NCBI GenBank assembly: GCA_964304625.1
Contig: OZ199839.1
Span: forward strand, 7,342,407 to 7,406,406
Source: Kudoa neothunni
Taxonomy: Eukaryota > Animalia > Cnidaria
Direction of reading: 5' to 3'
Length of the DNA: 64,000 nucleotides
The notes below the pieces were generated by a model, which saw only the letters and a program-made list of their open reading frames with translations, was not told the DNA's origin and did not search any database. Of the stretch, positions 41,701-55,089 are shown piece after piece (within the stretch, counting starts at the first letter, position 1; every line of letters begins with the position of its first letter). Both the position numbers and the translations under genes were made by a program.

Positions 41701-43107
41701 GTTCAAATAGCATTACACACCCTAAAGTAAATTGGTGTTTATTGTGATGGTCGATGTAATTTTTGAAAAGCAGAATTCGACGTTGTTAAAAACCCAAGTT
41801 GAAATCGAACAACAACAAGCGAACCCCAAAAATAATAAAAACTTTGAAAAGTATATTTTTAAATGGGCCAAAAGTGGACTAAGTTCAACAAGTAGAACAA
41901 CTTCGTCAAGTAGTTCCTTTGATTCTAGCGCTTCACAGGAAAGTAACAGTCAAAACGATCTCACAACTTCCACAACTAGGCTTCATTGTCGACCTCTAGA
42001 GAAAAATTCGGTTGCCAGCACATCTATTGATTCTAACACTCTTCTGTTTGGTTCAGCAAACGAAGATCACCATCAGCCCCCAACATGTCCATTATCCACC
42101 GATGCTTCTATCAATACGACGGTATACTGATTTGTTTGCCGCCTCTTTCAATTGAATTTGTGATGATAGAGTCTACCACCGTCCGATTCGATCCAATCTA
42201 CCGGTATTCATTTCGTTAACGTATGATGTGTTAATTATTATTTGTAGAGGATAAATCGCTCATGTTGAGAAATGGTATTTGCTACCTTTTAGATTTGGTG
42301 TCATTGTTTTTGATTCTATACCGTCATTAAAAATTAATAATAATCACACTGATATCAGGTACCAACAAACTCACCCATTTCAGATTTTTCTCTCAATCTT
42401 CCAATTTCCATCCGCCCAAAAGCAAAGTTAATAATGTAAGTTTTATAGTATTTCCAATTATAACAACATTGTTTATGATTTTCGTCTTTAACTAATACCA
42501 TTATTCAATTAGAAACATGATTGTAGTATAACTCTGAATAGTGCCATCGCAAAATTTTTCTCTAAGCAGCAAATGGAGGGTGACAATCTCTTCCATTGTG
42601 AAAAGTGCTCAACAAAAAACAACGGATCGAAAACACTAACCAAAGCCTGTGTGTATCATACTATCGAACATTTCCCTGAAATTCTCATCATTCAATGTAA
42701 ACGTTTTGGAGGATTCTCAAGTAGCGGGTGCAATGGGAGAAATCTTAAAATCACCACTCCCATTCATGTCGACCCTGTGACTAATTTTTCAAGCTATTCT
42801 TCCAATAATGTACGACAAATTGTCATGGCGTCCATGGCACTAAACATATAATTTATCGCTTATTGTTGTGTTTGTTTAGACCTCGCCCAACTACGAATTG
42901 ATCAGTGTGATTGAACACCTTGGAGAAGTTCACAGTGGGCACTATGTTTCCTACGTTAAAACTATTCGAGGCGATTCCAATAGTTGGTATCTGGTCAACG
43001 ATCACATTGTCACAAAAGTCACTTTCAATGATGTGACGCGTTCACAGGTTTATGTACTTTTTTTACCAAAAAATCTAGTTTTTTGCACGATATTGTTATT
43101 GTATTAA
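35763..43107 (+). CDS. Ubiquitin-specific protease with N-terminal ZnF-UBP (USP3/20/33/44/49 group), multi-exon
   Basis: ZnF-UBP (CDKC..CLECGHFVC..H..H..CFHCD), Cys box GLFNMGKTCYINSTLQ (~36509-36557), HDAHEF, VTCLEC, CEKC..PEILIIQCKRF and His box HLGEVHSGHYVSY..WYLVND. One ~3.9-kb intron (37568-41516). True stop is probably at 43078. Confidence 0.9.
38122..38761. mobile_element. Tigger/pogo-type MITE in USP intron
   Basis: Imperfect TIRs CAGTCGGAACTCGATTAGCC / GGATAATCGAGGTTCGACTG; right flank TA, left flank TG. Confidence 0.7.
39610..41360. mobile_element. Degenerate hAT (Buster/Charlie-type) element in USP intron
   Basis: Identical 8-bp flanks AGTTAGGG (39602-9, 41361-8) with central TA; ends AAGTTTTTCCCAA / TTGGGAAACACTG. 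Confidence 0.75.
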
Positions 43108-45308
43108 ATTATAATTTACATAAAAACAGATTTTCTTTTTTATTTTTTTTTCATTTATCACATTTTTTTCTGGTCTATTTACGGCGTTTTTATTTCTTTA
43201 AAACTTGTGTTTAAGATCGATGCGTTATCAGCCTATTAAAGTTGGGTTAAAATCTTCATAATTACAATAATGCTCGTTCATATGTAATCTTTAATCAGCG
43301 TTTTCTAATTGAGACTTTCTGAATCCATCATGGCTCCATTGCGAATTAGATAAAAAACTAATTTGGTGATATTTACTTCGTGTGTTTATTATTATTTTTA
43401 TTTCTCTGAATTTAGATGTGGGAAATTCGCATTAAAGAAATAACGAATTGTTCAGTCCAATTCTATTTAACTTAAACGCTGAAATTGGCGCGAAAACGTT
43501 AGAATATAAAATTGAATTGAATTTAAATAATTTATAATCTTACCCAATAGAAATAATAGTTGCTTAATTTTTATAGTTATTTCCTTTTGATATAAAAAAT
43601 TAAAGTCAAAAATTTAATTTTGCATATACAGAGGGCGAACGGAATTTTTAATGCTTTATAGATTGTGTAGATGATTTGGGTTGGGATAAATGATCTTCAT
43701 TTATTTTTGTTTTCACTCACAATATTACTTTGATTTTGGTAATTCAAAATTCAATCATAATAATAAATTTTATATTATAAAACTATTAATTTGAAATATA
43801 GAAATAAACTATACATGTAAACTTTTTTGTCTGTCGGTCCCCTACCTAAGTAAGCATGTACAGCATAATTTACCCTGGTAGAACAACAGTTTATACACCT
43901 AAAAATTAATAAGAACAAAAAATTCTTTTATTTGTTTTGAAACTTCATACGTTATGAAATAATTTAAAATGACTATTTTATAGATTTAAAAATTGTGAAG
44001 CGGATTATACCACTTGAATTTTAAGATTAAATTCGCCTATTTCGGAGTAATTGTCATTTGAAGTTAGCGCCCTTTTTATATATTAAAATCACTTATTAAT
44101 GTAACTATATTAGCAGTCTCTATAGATTAGTTGTGTGCGAATGTTTGTAGAAATGAGCGTATTAATTATTCATTCCGTTCAAAAGAGATTAATCCTAACG
44201 ATAAGAATTAATTTCAGTAAATTTTCAGCTAGCTGTTCAAGTCATAATAAATAGAACTTTATTTTATAAAGCTCATAAAATGATTTAATTTCGCGCATCA
44301 CATTCTCTCTAGAAAGAGAATTTAAAACCAATATTTAGTTAATACTTTCTTCTGTGGATTAAAACATTTTTCTAAGCGATTTATCACAGCAAAGTACGAC
44401 AAATTTCAAGAGAAGCTGGAAAGTTTTCTCTATTATGATAAGGAATTCGTTGATATGAAAGAATAATCTACACATAAAGCTAAAATAATATCTGAAATGC
44501 AACACTTTTTATTTTAAGATATTCAGTTAATAATTTAAAGAATAATTCAATTTAAAATATCGATTAATCTAAATATAAACCCTCGTATTATTTATATTTT
44601 TTTTTATTCTATACGGGGTTTGAAAACAAAGAGACTGTTTTTAACATATCTCAAAATACTCATTGATTTGTAATTCGACTATTAAAATTAATTCAACCAA
44701 AATCGCAACGTATTTATGCATGAATTAAAAGTATTTTATCATGCCTTTATCACAGTAGTAATTCATAAATAAATGAACCATTAATATCTACAACATTCTA
44801 CATATTTATTATAGGACAAAGATTCTTGATTATTCATATGTTAAAGTAGCACAAAAAGAACCTATTTTTTAAAATATAACACTTTAAACTCAAATAATAT
44901 ACCACGTTGATTATACAAATATTTTATCATCTTTATATTAAACATATGCCATCAAATTATATATTAAGGATTAATACCAGGTAAAAAATGTCGTAATATT
45001 ATATTGATCATGTGACAAATCTGCCGAAAAATTATTAAATTTCATAAATTAGATTAATATGTGTAGTTTCTGAATATTTTTATTCGTAATTTTATTTCAA
45101 AATTTTTGATGAATCTAATTTTAAGAAATAAAAATTACGTAAAGTAAGCTGTAACCCTCAAAATTGATTTTATATCTTCTAGTCTAATATAAAATGACAA
45201 CAGAACTTCGTGACCAAAAATCATGCGCTAAGATTAACGTTTTTGCAATTTATTTTAGCATTCAGGAAGAAAAATAAAATTCAATGGAAAATACGCACTT
45301 ATAAACAG

Positions 45309-48300
45309 TCAATTAAACGGATGGATTTTTACAGTAGTAGATTCACATAGTTGCACTAATCCCTTGGTGAGAAGAAAAACTTCGTCATAATTGCAGTGGA
45401 CAGCGAAAAGGATATCAACTAAGCATTGAGGCAGCAATTGGAACATATCTGTAGCAGTCTTGACGGTGCTGCTGAAGGTGACAGTACCAGCATTTGACCA
45501 AGGCACGCAGGACAATCTTAGCTCACAAATAATATCCACACGTTGGTCATTTTGACAGTTTAATTCGCTCTCGCGCGGACAATAAAGAGTGAAAGAATTG
45601 TTGGGAAATTTGGTTAGAACATAAAAATTCTTATGTTCAGCCAGTTTTCTATCGAAAACCACACAATGGAAAGGTACAGTGAGATGGCCGATAGACTGAA
45701 ATTTGTGAATTGTCGCATTTGATTGATGTGGCGAAATGATGCGAACCATGGTGTATTTATAGTCGTCCGCAAAACATATAGGCACATTGGCAATCATATA
45801 CACCCATGTGGACCAATTCAGAAAGTGATGAAGTTTTGAGGGGAAATCCTTTTCATGAGGCGCGCCACTGTTGCTGTTGTTATCAGATACTCCAAAACCA
45901 TTCGAATCTAGATCAGCAAGAAAACTTTGTTGGGTTGAAACCAAATTTTTGATAAGAGAATTATGTTCGAGAGAATGACCGCCGATCTCGGAGGGGGTGA
46001 TATTTGAAAGAAATATTTTCACACAAACTTGAATAATATCGCACACTTTGCTATATGACGGATATGAGGATGTGAGGAGAGACATATTGAGGTCGGTTTG
46101 ATTTTCACATTCCAACATCAACAGCAATCCATACAATGTGGCCATACTCAGATAATGTCCCATCATATGGAGTAGTAATTTGTAGGAGTGAAATTGGAGA
46201 TAAGAGAAATTATTTCGATGCAGAAAATTGATGACTTTGGAGTAGAGCATCACTGATTTGGAAATAAAGCTGCAATCTAACACACTATTGTTGTTGTAGT
46301 TGTCGACTGTGTAAGATTCAATCCAATGTTGAACATAACAGCAAAATTCACTCAATAACTCAATAAATTCAATATGAAATTTGACCACATGGGACAAATA
46401 TGAGCTTTCGTTGTCCAAATGATTTTTGGTAAGGTTAGATCTAACTATGGCAACATTGCTGGAATAGGAATTCAACTCCACAGTCTGAACCGTTTCAGTT
46501 GTAGTCGTATCGGTTTTATCCCAAGTCAAAAGGGACCCAGCTAGAAATTGCATTTGGTAGTTGAACAGCTGTTTGAAGTTGATCACTATTTCTTGGTTGG
46601 ATTTGTCCGGATTATCGGTGATATTCAAAAATGATAACGACTCCAAATAGTTGTAGGAAATGTTGCCCTCATTGAAAACTATATTTGGTACCAAATTGTG
46701 GTACATATTCCTGAGGAAAGAGTGGTGTTTCGAACAGTATTTAGGTAGCAAGGTCATCAGCGGTGGATAACTGTAGGCAGCATTGAACATAAGAATGGCC
46801 AACGCCACATACACATTGTCACTGAGAAGTGGTTGAGGATTTATATAGAATGGATGTATTAGAATGAGTGAGTAGATCATAGCGGGAACGTAGTATCCGT
46901 GTCTTAGTCCAAATTGTTGACAACAGCGCCATATACTCCATTTATCTTCAGGATAGTTTATGAGATTGTTTTTCAAGGCACTAACCACCGTGAATAGCGA
47001 AAGTGACGACGATAGTTTCGCATTCTGTAACAAACAATACACTTGATTTCTAATATTTGATGACACATCAGACAATGCTTCCAGTGCAGCATACAACTGA
47101 TGGTCGCTTAATTCAAATCGATTCATGCTTCCAAAATCTAAATTCAATTCATTTGAACAATTAAAATGCGACAACAACCAACTAAAGAAGTTGTTACTGG
47201 ATGGCAGCATTGGTTCATTAGAAGACACCAGATCGAAGCTATTATCCAACTTTAAAATTTTCCCCGGCTCACCCACATCATGCACGTAACGGTTGTCTGC
47301 GTAAGATGAAGACGACCCGTGAATAGACATAAGTGCCGTCAACTTCTGAATAGCTTCAAAACGTACATGAGGTACCGAATCGTTGATAGACGAGATCAAA
47401 AGATCACAAGCATTGCTTAAGAATTCGCTGGCTACGTTATTAGATTTGTCGATCCGTGCAGCCAAACTATACAGAGTATCGATAGCGGCTGTGCGTATCT
47501 CTTGGAATTCCACCTCAAGAACATCAATAAATGTTCCCACATGACTTCTTCTTTTGAGACTTGCATTGATAGTTAATGAAGTAGGTTTTTGATTGTTTGT
47601 TTTTGATTTGACAGCATGCTTGGTATTGATGTTGAAATCGGTTGATTTGTTTTTGCTGGAATTCTTACAACTGTTGCCATCATCGGATACATTTAACTCG
47701 ACGTTATCCATGTTGAACTCATAGTCGCATCTGTTATGCTCTTTGGCAGAAACTGCTCTATCGCCACCAACTGAAGTGGTGTTATCATTACCAATGACAA
47801 TGTTTGTTGTGATGGTGGAAGAAGGTTTACGTGAATGACTGCTGATTTTCTCGGCTCCTAACTCGACATTATAATCTTTGCAGCTTTGGTTGTTTTTGGT
47901 AGGGGCTGTCACTTCATCAAAAATCATTCCGTAACGTTCACGTTGTTGCTGATGAAAAGATTTTTTTGTCTTGTGATTGGAAACCAACTCTTTCACCACA
48001 CACTCCTCCATACACTCAGAGGTGATGGGAAAAATATTTTTGAGGCTGATGAGAGCTTTGTGTTGTATGTTGGTGGAGTTATCACATCGAATAACACCAC
48101 ACAAATTAATAAAGATATCGTCAGCCAAATAGAGCACATTTGATTTGGAATCGCATTCCAACATCTTGTCACGACTTTCCTCGTAATAGAGCATTGATTT
48201 AATTTTAGTAGAACCCATGTACTGCGCCAATACAGCATTCAAATCAACCGCTAACAGCCTAACATTCTCATTATCGTGCTCTAATAGCTCACAAAAGGTG

Positions 48301-49297
48301 AGATAGGTTCGAAAATCAACACTCAACTGTTCCGCCTCCAAAATCTTAGTGATTACTTCCAACACACTACACACAATTGAGGAAGTATTATTTTTTAGGT
48401 AGTTGACCAATAATTGAAGAAATATCGCTCCATCTCGTAAAAAAATATATCTGCACGATAGATGGTTGATCTGATCGATCGTCACTTTGGTGGCAAAACT
48501 CTTATAAGATACATTTTCCATGGTGACATTAGTCACATTTGTGGTTGAAGTTTTTAAAGTTTTACATTGATTAGGCGTTTTAGCCGAATGTATCGACATG
48601 TAGAGCTCGCCCAAAAATTCAACAGAATGTGAAAATATCGTTGAATTTTTAGTGTTGTTGATTAATTCAATGGCCACATCCACAAAGCCACTCAGTAAAC
48701 TCAATCCAATCTAAACACAATTAAATACGTGGTATCTCAATCGGAAAAATTTACAAAATTTTTCGACAACAACTCGCTTATCAAACACAAAATTTTAGCT
48801 TTTATCGTGTTAGATTCGTGATGGTGAATCAAAAATTCAAATTGAATCATCATTGGTTGCCAAGTGATAAACGAAAAATCAACCAACTTCATTAGAATTC
48901 TAGTGGCCAACAGATGCACACTTTTAAAGTAGAATTTTGATGATTTGATGTAACGTAAATTTCTCTGTGATAACTGTGCCATGGGAGGCACCATATCCAT
49001 ACCAACACTATCTTTTCCGCCAACACATCTAATGCCCATTGTGTGGTAGAGGAGATTTTTCGAAAAATTATTGATCATATTTTTCATTCGAGGATTCTGA
49101 TGTATATTCTCTTTTGTATTCGTACCAAAATGATGCAATATAGTCAACAGACGACGTATTTGTTGCGATTCCGTCATCATTTCAAATGAAATCAATTGGA
49201 GTGAGCTGAAGAATGATTTCACATCGGGTTTTTCATCATTATCAATATTATTAAATTCCTGCAATTCTCCATTACTAAAATGTTCTTGTTTGAGCAT
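45309..49297 (-). CDS. INTS4: Integrator complex subunit 4 (2 exons, ~1314 aa)
   Basis: GTFIDVLEVEFQEIRTAAIDTL, NDSVPHVRFEAI, LKNNLINYPEDKWSIWRC..FGLRH, HPFY..P...D..YVALAILMFNAA and HHSFLR..Y..LVP match the INTS4 core. A 44-nt GT-AG intron (48711-48754) joins the two ORFs in frame. Confidence 0.92.
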
Positions 49298-50411
49298 TGG
49301 CGTTAACTATCTTGAGCAGAAACGTTTTATTAATCGCGCCTGCGCTGATAGTAAATTGGTCTCAGATAAGCTCTTTCGTCTCCACCCCTTCGAATTTTTA
49401 ATGTCGCTTTTTATATTCAAAATTAATAAATGTTAATACGAATATAATTTATCCTTAAAAGATACAAATTTTTAAATATTTAATTCAATATCGTGTTTCC
49501 AATATAATTCTTATATAATTTAAATATTTTATTATCCATGTTATACAATTTATGAACATATAACCGTTTTTTCGAAATAAAATATTTTTTTGATATAGCA
49601 TAATTTTAGTGTCTGCTTAACTTATTGAGTACACGTAAGTCGAGCTCCTTCCGAACAAAATAGGATATATTTGAAATCCAGATTCATATTTTAATTTATG
49701 TTTAAAATGGTATTTACTATCCAATTGAAAAATTTAGAGATAAAAGTTAAATGAGCTCATCAATAATTCTAGTTTAAACCGTCGTGTGTACATACGTGTA
49801 CAGTGCAACCTCGGAGTTCGACCAAAAATTTTGATTCAGAAATATTTTTGAGTTCAAAACATAGAAAGGATATTCAGAAAAAATCCAGTTGGAGTAAAAA
49901 TCAAAGAAGAAAAGATATTCAAGAAGAAGAGTTGCTCAATCTAATCGTGCGAATGTCATCGAAAGAGAATACTTTATAATCTATCGTATGACAACCAAAA
50001 AATATTTATCCTATATTTCATTTTTATTATTATATTTTAAATTTATTTTTCATATTTTAAATTTATTTTTCATATTTTAAAATCACAAGGCATGCAGGTT
50101 TTTCATTATTTAGCTCATATAACAAAATGAAAAAATATCTTTAAATAAATAATATTTTTATCTTTTCTTTAAAAATGAAGATAAAATCACAATCAACCCC
50201 CAAAATCTACGCATTTACTAATTATTAACTTTTAAAATATTTATTATTACGAACTACCAAATAAAATTACAATATTAGAGATATTTCGTTATATAATTCA
50301 GAATATCTCATAAAATAGGGGAAACAGAGTAATATCACGAAATCGTAATATACATGACAATAAGAGTTACTTTTTATAATATATAGTTTAATCTGATTAA
50401 TATAACAAGTA

Positions 50412-51163
50412 CTGGCGCGAATTCCTCGGTTTCGCTAGGGATTAGGAATATTTTATCACAGAGGAACATGTTTTATAATAAAACAATTAATCCTTTCAAC
50501 TGACCAAAGAAGAAACCGAATTAACCTTCTTTGATTGTGATTATTTATCGATAAAATTCCATTTGTATTAATCTTATATTTCTTTCATTATTACTTGGTT
50601 ATTAATTCGATATCCTAATCAACATATTTTACATTATATCCAGAAATTACCTAAAAACTTGTAAGTTTCTGGGATTTAAAACTTTCATGGGATAACATAA
50701 TTGATTATCTCATTTACTCATTTATTCATATACGGTAACGGTGAAACTGTCGTAAAATATGTAGTTAACTTAATACAATTTAAAAATATTAGACTTTTCC
50801 TAGAATATTAGTGCCACAAGCCGCCTTGAAATTTCCTTTTGTGAAAAAAATACAATATAAATTAATGTAAAAGGATTTGATAACAGTTTATTAAAAACAA
50901 TGAGATATTACGAATAATTAGCTCATTAGCGCAATAAACCCATTCAAACTGCGCCCCAAAATGTCAATTTATTCGAACGTTACACATTAACATTAAATCA
51001 AACCGAACTATCAAGTAAAAGCATCATTTTATAGGCACTAAAAACCTGTCTCATAACTTTCTTATTATTAGGTGTAATATCGTTTGTCTACGCGGGCGTT
51101 CAGCATAAATATTCTTTGGCATTATTATTTTCGTTCATATTATTTCAATCGTATTGTATCGTA

Positions 51164-51194
<31 letters not shown>
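50412..51194 (-). mobile_element. Possible degenerate Helitron
   Basis: Minus-strand end AATCCCTAGCGAAACCGAGGAATTCGCGCCAG|T resembles the other Helitron 3' ends (CCAG for CTAG); (TA)n at the putative 5' side. Confidence 0.35.
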
Positions 51195-51195
<1 letters not shown>

Positions 51196-51285
51196 TAAAT
51201 ATGGGATATTTAAATTGGTGGAAAAGAAAAAAACATAGTGAATAAATATGAGAAAAATATTTCACACGTAATGATAAATGATAAA

Positions 51286-52360
51286 TCAACGACTGGAATT
51301 GAAATGTGTGGTCGAATTTTCGAATATAAAAAGTGCGCAATCACACAAAAATGCATTGAGCTTGTTATCCTTATTGAGCTGCTGGAATCGCTCGTACAAA
51401 CACTCATAGTCAGGTTCCATATTGTACACTACAGTTGGGTAATTGGGTGAAACAAATGAACACATTCATTGTCAATTTACATTTGTATTTTTTATCCTCT
51501 ATTCCAATAATCATGCTAAATGTTTGTTGTTGTGTTAGTGGATTGGTGAACTGTATTTTTAGTTTGCCTAAAAATGTAGTTGTCAATAGCTCGGAACAAA
51601 ACAACCAGTCTAATCAATTATCCGTCAGTTTATGATGAATAAGAGATAAATGACGGATGTATTACCATAGATTTTGGATATTTCAAGACACAACAATTTT
51701 GTTATGCAATGGTACATGAGTTGTTTATGAGCAAGTTTTTTCCTTAACTCCTCCAGCATCAAAGTAGATTTTGATTCATTATCAAAATTTGGGTCGCTGA
51801 AACGTGAATCTAAATCACAGCTGTGTAATCACCATCAAAATTCAATTACATTTACTTTCTTTGTTGGAAACTAATTCTAGATCAAAAAAATCCATGTTGG
51901 ACGAGAGTTTCGAATTGGAATTATGAGATTCCAGAATTGAATTATTTGAAATCGAGGTTCTTCCCGACAATGATATTTCTTCTAACAGATCTATTATTAG
52001 TTAACTCAGATGGATGGCCGAAGAAAGAGCTAAACCCTTTTCTAGACATTTTTGTTTTGATTCCAACAGATAGATTTGTTTCTTTTTTTCTTTGATAGAT
52101 TCTACAAATAATATGAGCATCGAATTGATTATTATTAGAACAATATGGTTCAACAAATAACGATCTCTATTACTCTCTGATTTTTTCAATTGATGCAACA
52201 AAGATCCATGATGAAAGTTTTTCAATATCCTGCTACAAACCCTGCTATCGTTAGTTTTAATTTCGGAACATATTTTTAACAGTTTGTTCCAACAATTATC
52301 AATTTCATCTAACTTCTCGTCATTCATATACCTAAAAGTTGGTGTCATCACTCGCTGCAT
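51286..52360 (-). CDS. SPC25: Kinetochore NDC80-complex subunit Spc25, multi-exon
   Basis: Spliced 3' exons (51809-51666, 51567-51481, 51428-51286) give KLLCLEISKIY|GKLKIQFTN...YK|LYNMEPDY...NKDNKLNAFL, versus human RLGLEIRKIYGEKLQFIFTN...KTNNFSAFL. N-terminal IDNCWNK versus INEFWNK; coiled-coil-like middle. Confidence 0.75.
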
Positions 52361-52489
52361 CAAAAGATTAAAAATCGGAAATTTTACATCAGTATTTGAT
52401 AGTAAAAATTAACTTTTTAGTTATAAGGTTATCTCACTACAAAAAATGGATTCAGTGGCAGGAACTTTACAGGTGCAATTATCTAGAGC

Positions 52490-52535
52490 AGGCGCAAGGC
52501 GGCAATACGTCTGCGCGCGCGTTTGCGGCGAAACA
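52490..52535. promoter_or_regulatory. CpG-rich patch with E2F-like motifs upstream of SPC25
   Basis: GCGCGCGCGTTTGCGGCGAAA about 150 bp 5' of the ATG in an otherwise AT-rich region; only an imperfect match to TTTSSCGC. Confidence 0.25.
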
Positions 52536-53303
52536 TTAATTTAGTCTTAATCATTTCTTAGCACAAGTTAGTTTATCTTAAATAATTATTTTATTCTATG
52601 TAAAATAAAATAGATTTTTATTTTGGTTGTGTTTGAATCGCAGGACCAATTTCTAATATTGGATTATTATCGTTAATCGGTTCGTTAGATCTTGTTCCCC
52701 AAATAATTAAGTTAAATTAGGTTATAGTTTATTTGCGAGTTTCACAATGGGTTATAAATTCTTAAAAATTATTTAATGTACCATGTATGCGATTATAATT
52801 TTAAAATTTCACGTTAACCCTTGCGCGATAATGTATTCAGATTTAAATTGAATATATTTAATGTAATTGTCATGAATTCGCAAAAAATCTTTAAACCTAT
52901 TTAGTATTTTAATATAAGGTCTTTAATGGGATTCAAACATGTGTTATCAACATTTAAACGAGCTGGTATCACATTGCTCTCAAGTGTGACACATGTGATG
53001 TGTGGATATTAACTTTTATAATATATACGTTACAATTAGGATTTGAATAATCCAAATTTGAACAACTACTATTATAATCGTGCGAAATGAGTTCAAGTCG
53101 GCACCTCCAAACCTTGAGTTTTTCATTTTAACCTTCTAAATAGCTGGAAAATTTACACCCTCTACATAAAAATGAAGTAGAAATCCACCCCACTTTTTTA
53201 GTTGATAAAATTTCCTCAAATGTAAGTCATCATTGAGTGACAAAATATGAGTAAAATTCATCGAGTAAATTTTGAATAAATAACCGATTATTAAAGTTAA
53301 TTT

Positions 53304-53424
53304 CAGGAATGGCAAATTCATGAGTTTCGTACGTGTTCTTTCACAAGAACAAAAATTGTTACATGTAAAAACGAACGAAACCATAATTTTTAAATTTTTT
53401 GAACGAACGAAATCGCCGCCCCTG
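53304..53424. mobile_element. Small hAT-like MITE
   Basis: Imperfect TIRs CAGGAATGGCAAATTC / GAAATCGCCGCCCCTG; flanks GTTAATTT / GTTAGATT (6/8 match). Confidence 0.5.
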
Positions 53425-54366
53425 GTTAGATTCTATGTGTGCGTGCGCGTACACTAATGTTTTTACATTTTTGTGGAATATGATTGTATTCATAGGTGTA
53501 TTCCTGTGGTTTTTTAGTTTTAACATTTAATTCAAGTTTTACAACAGCTGCCAATTAATCTATCTTATTTTAAACAACGTAGTGTAAACTGCGCAGAAAA
53601 ACACAAAACTTGTCAAAATGTTGAAAAATTATATCATGTCTTTTTAATTCTCTCTACAGCGTAGAAATAAACACACTGATGAAATGTCATCGTATTTTGG
53701 TAATGGGGGAGTATACGCCTCACCGAATTTGACCTTTTGCGTATGTCCGACATGTCCGACATTCCCGATTTTGATTTCATTGTTTAAAACACTTTTTTAA
53801 ATATTGAGAGAAATAAAAAAATTCACAAAATCAAAATTTTAAAAATATCCAAACCAAATTAAATCGATAAATTAGTCTTTAATCTCTCAGAATTTTATAA
53901 ACAAAGTGATGATTTATCCTTACAAGATCATATTGAATTGTTTTGCTTGAAAATTGTTTGACGTAATACCGATGTAAAATATTTAATGAATATGATGATG
54001 ATGATGAATACATCCTGAAATATTGACTGCGTTTCTCAAAATTAAAAATAATTTTATTAATATAATCGATTCATTGATTTTTTATTGAGTTAGAGTCGAA
54101 TTTTAGTTTAATATGATTGTTCAACTGTTTATTTACTCAATAAAATTTAAATTTTAAAATTCGTCACTAATATAAAATGCGCGTTAATAATCGTTACATT
54201 TTTGGAACTATTTAACTGACGTGGTAAGGTGAGCGATATCTCTAGTCAACGACAATTTTATAAATTATTGTTGAATAATAATGCGTTAATCGATTATTTA
54301 ACCGCGAAACGATTGACCCAAGAACTTCCGACCAGATGAAAAATTTCCATAAATACAACACTGAAA

Positions 54367-55089
54367 GTGAACATAGTTCAGCGAAAAAGGAGATCGATCG
54401 ACCCTGATAATGATTTAATTTACGATGCGCTCGAAAGAATAACCTATAAATGCTCAAAGTTTATAGAATTATATATTTCTTTTTTTATATTCCTAAGAAA
54501 AAATTGTAGAACAACGTTTTCACCACGTAACAACACTTTTTTTGCCATAACCAATTGTTTGGGACAAAACTCTTCGAAACTGACAATATCCCATGTATTC
54601 GAACTTGTTTATCTCTGGTGTGTTGGAGAACAACGATGTTCCATAATGAATTTGATGGGCATCAGTAATAAAACTGTTTCGTTTCGGTTTTCTTCCCTCA
54701 GGAGTGTCTGTACTCGAACTTTCGATAGTCACGACAAATTTGGTGACAAAAACACGATCTTTGAGATCGACGAAAGTTTGCTGAGAGGTAAGCGGAAGAA
54801 TAATAGGGGCCGTTCCCTCCAAATGGATCATTGAAGACACAATGCCCCTGACGATGCTTATCTACCTAGTGACTCTGAGGATGATGATGATGATGGTAAC
54901 CACACAAATACAGTAGAAGTGGTCTGGCATCACTTAAAAACGAAGGTACTACACAGAATGAGTGAGGTGCCTAGGTCTATGCTTAATTCTTACTTTCACG
55001 TAGAATGGCTAAGATCAAAACACAGGAATATATGGGAATTTTTCGAGTTCATTTTGAGCTCAATTTCTGATATAAACTCTATACATTAA
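54367..55089 (+). pseudogene. Merlin/ISXO2-like transposase, internally deleted
   Basis: KFGDKNTIFEIDESLLRGKRKNNRGR and HTNTVEVVWHHLK motifs present; the central TD-containing block is absent; in-frame stop at 54832-54834. Confidence 0.8.

Noticed and set aside
47886-48238. Overlapping or antisense ORFs within INTS4 (and similar ones within the transposases)
   Set aside because: Short alternative-frame by-products of real coding sequence with no recognisable features.
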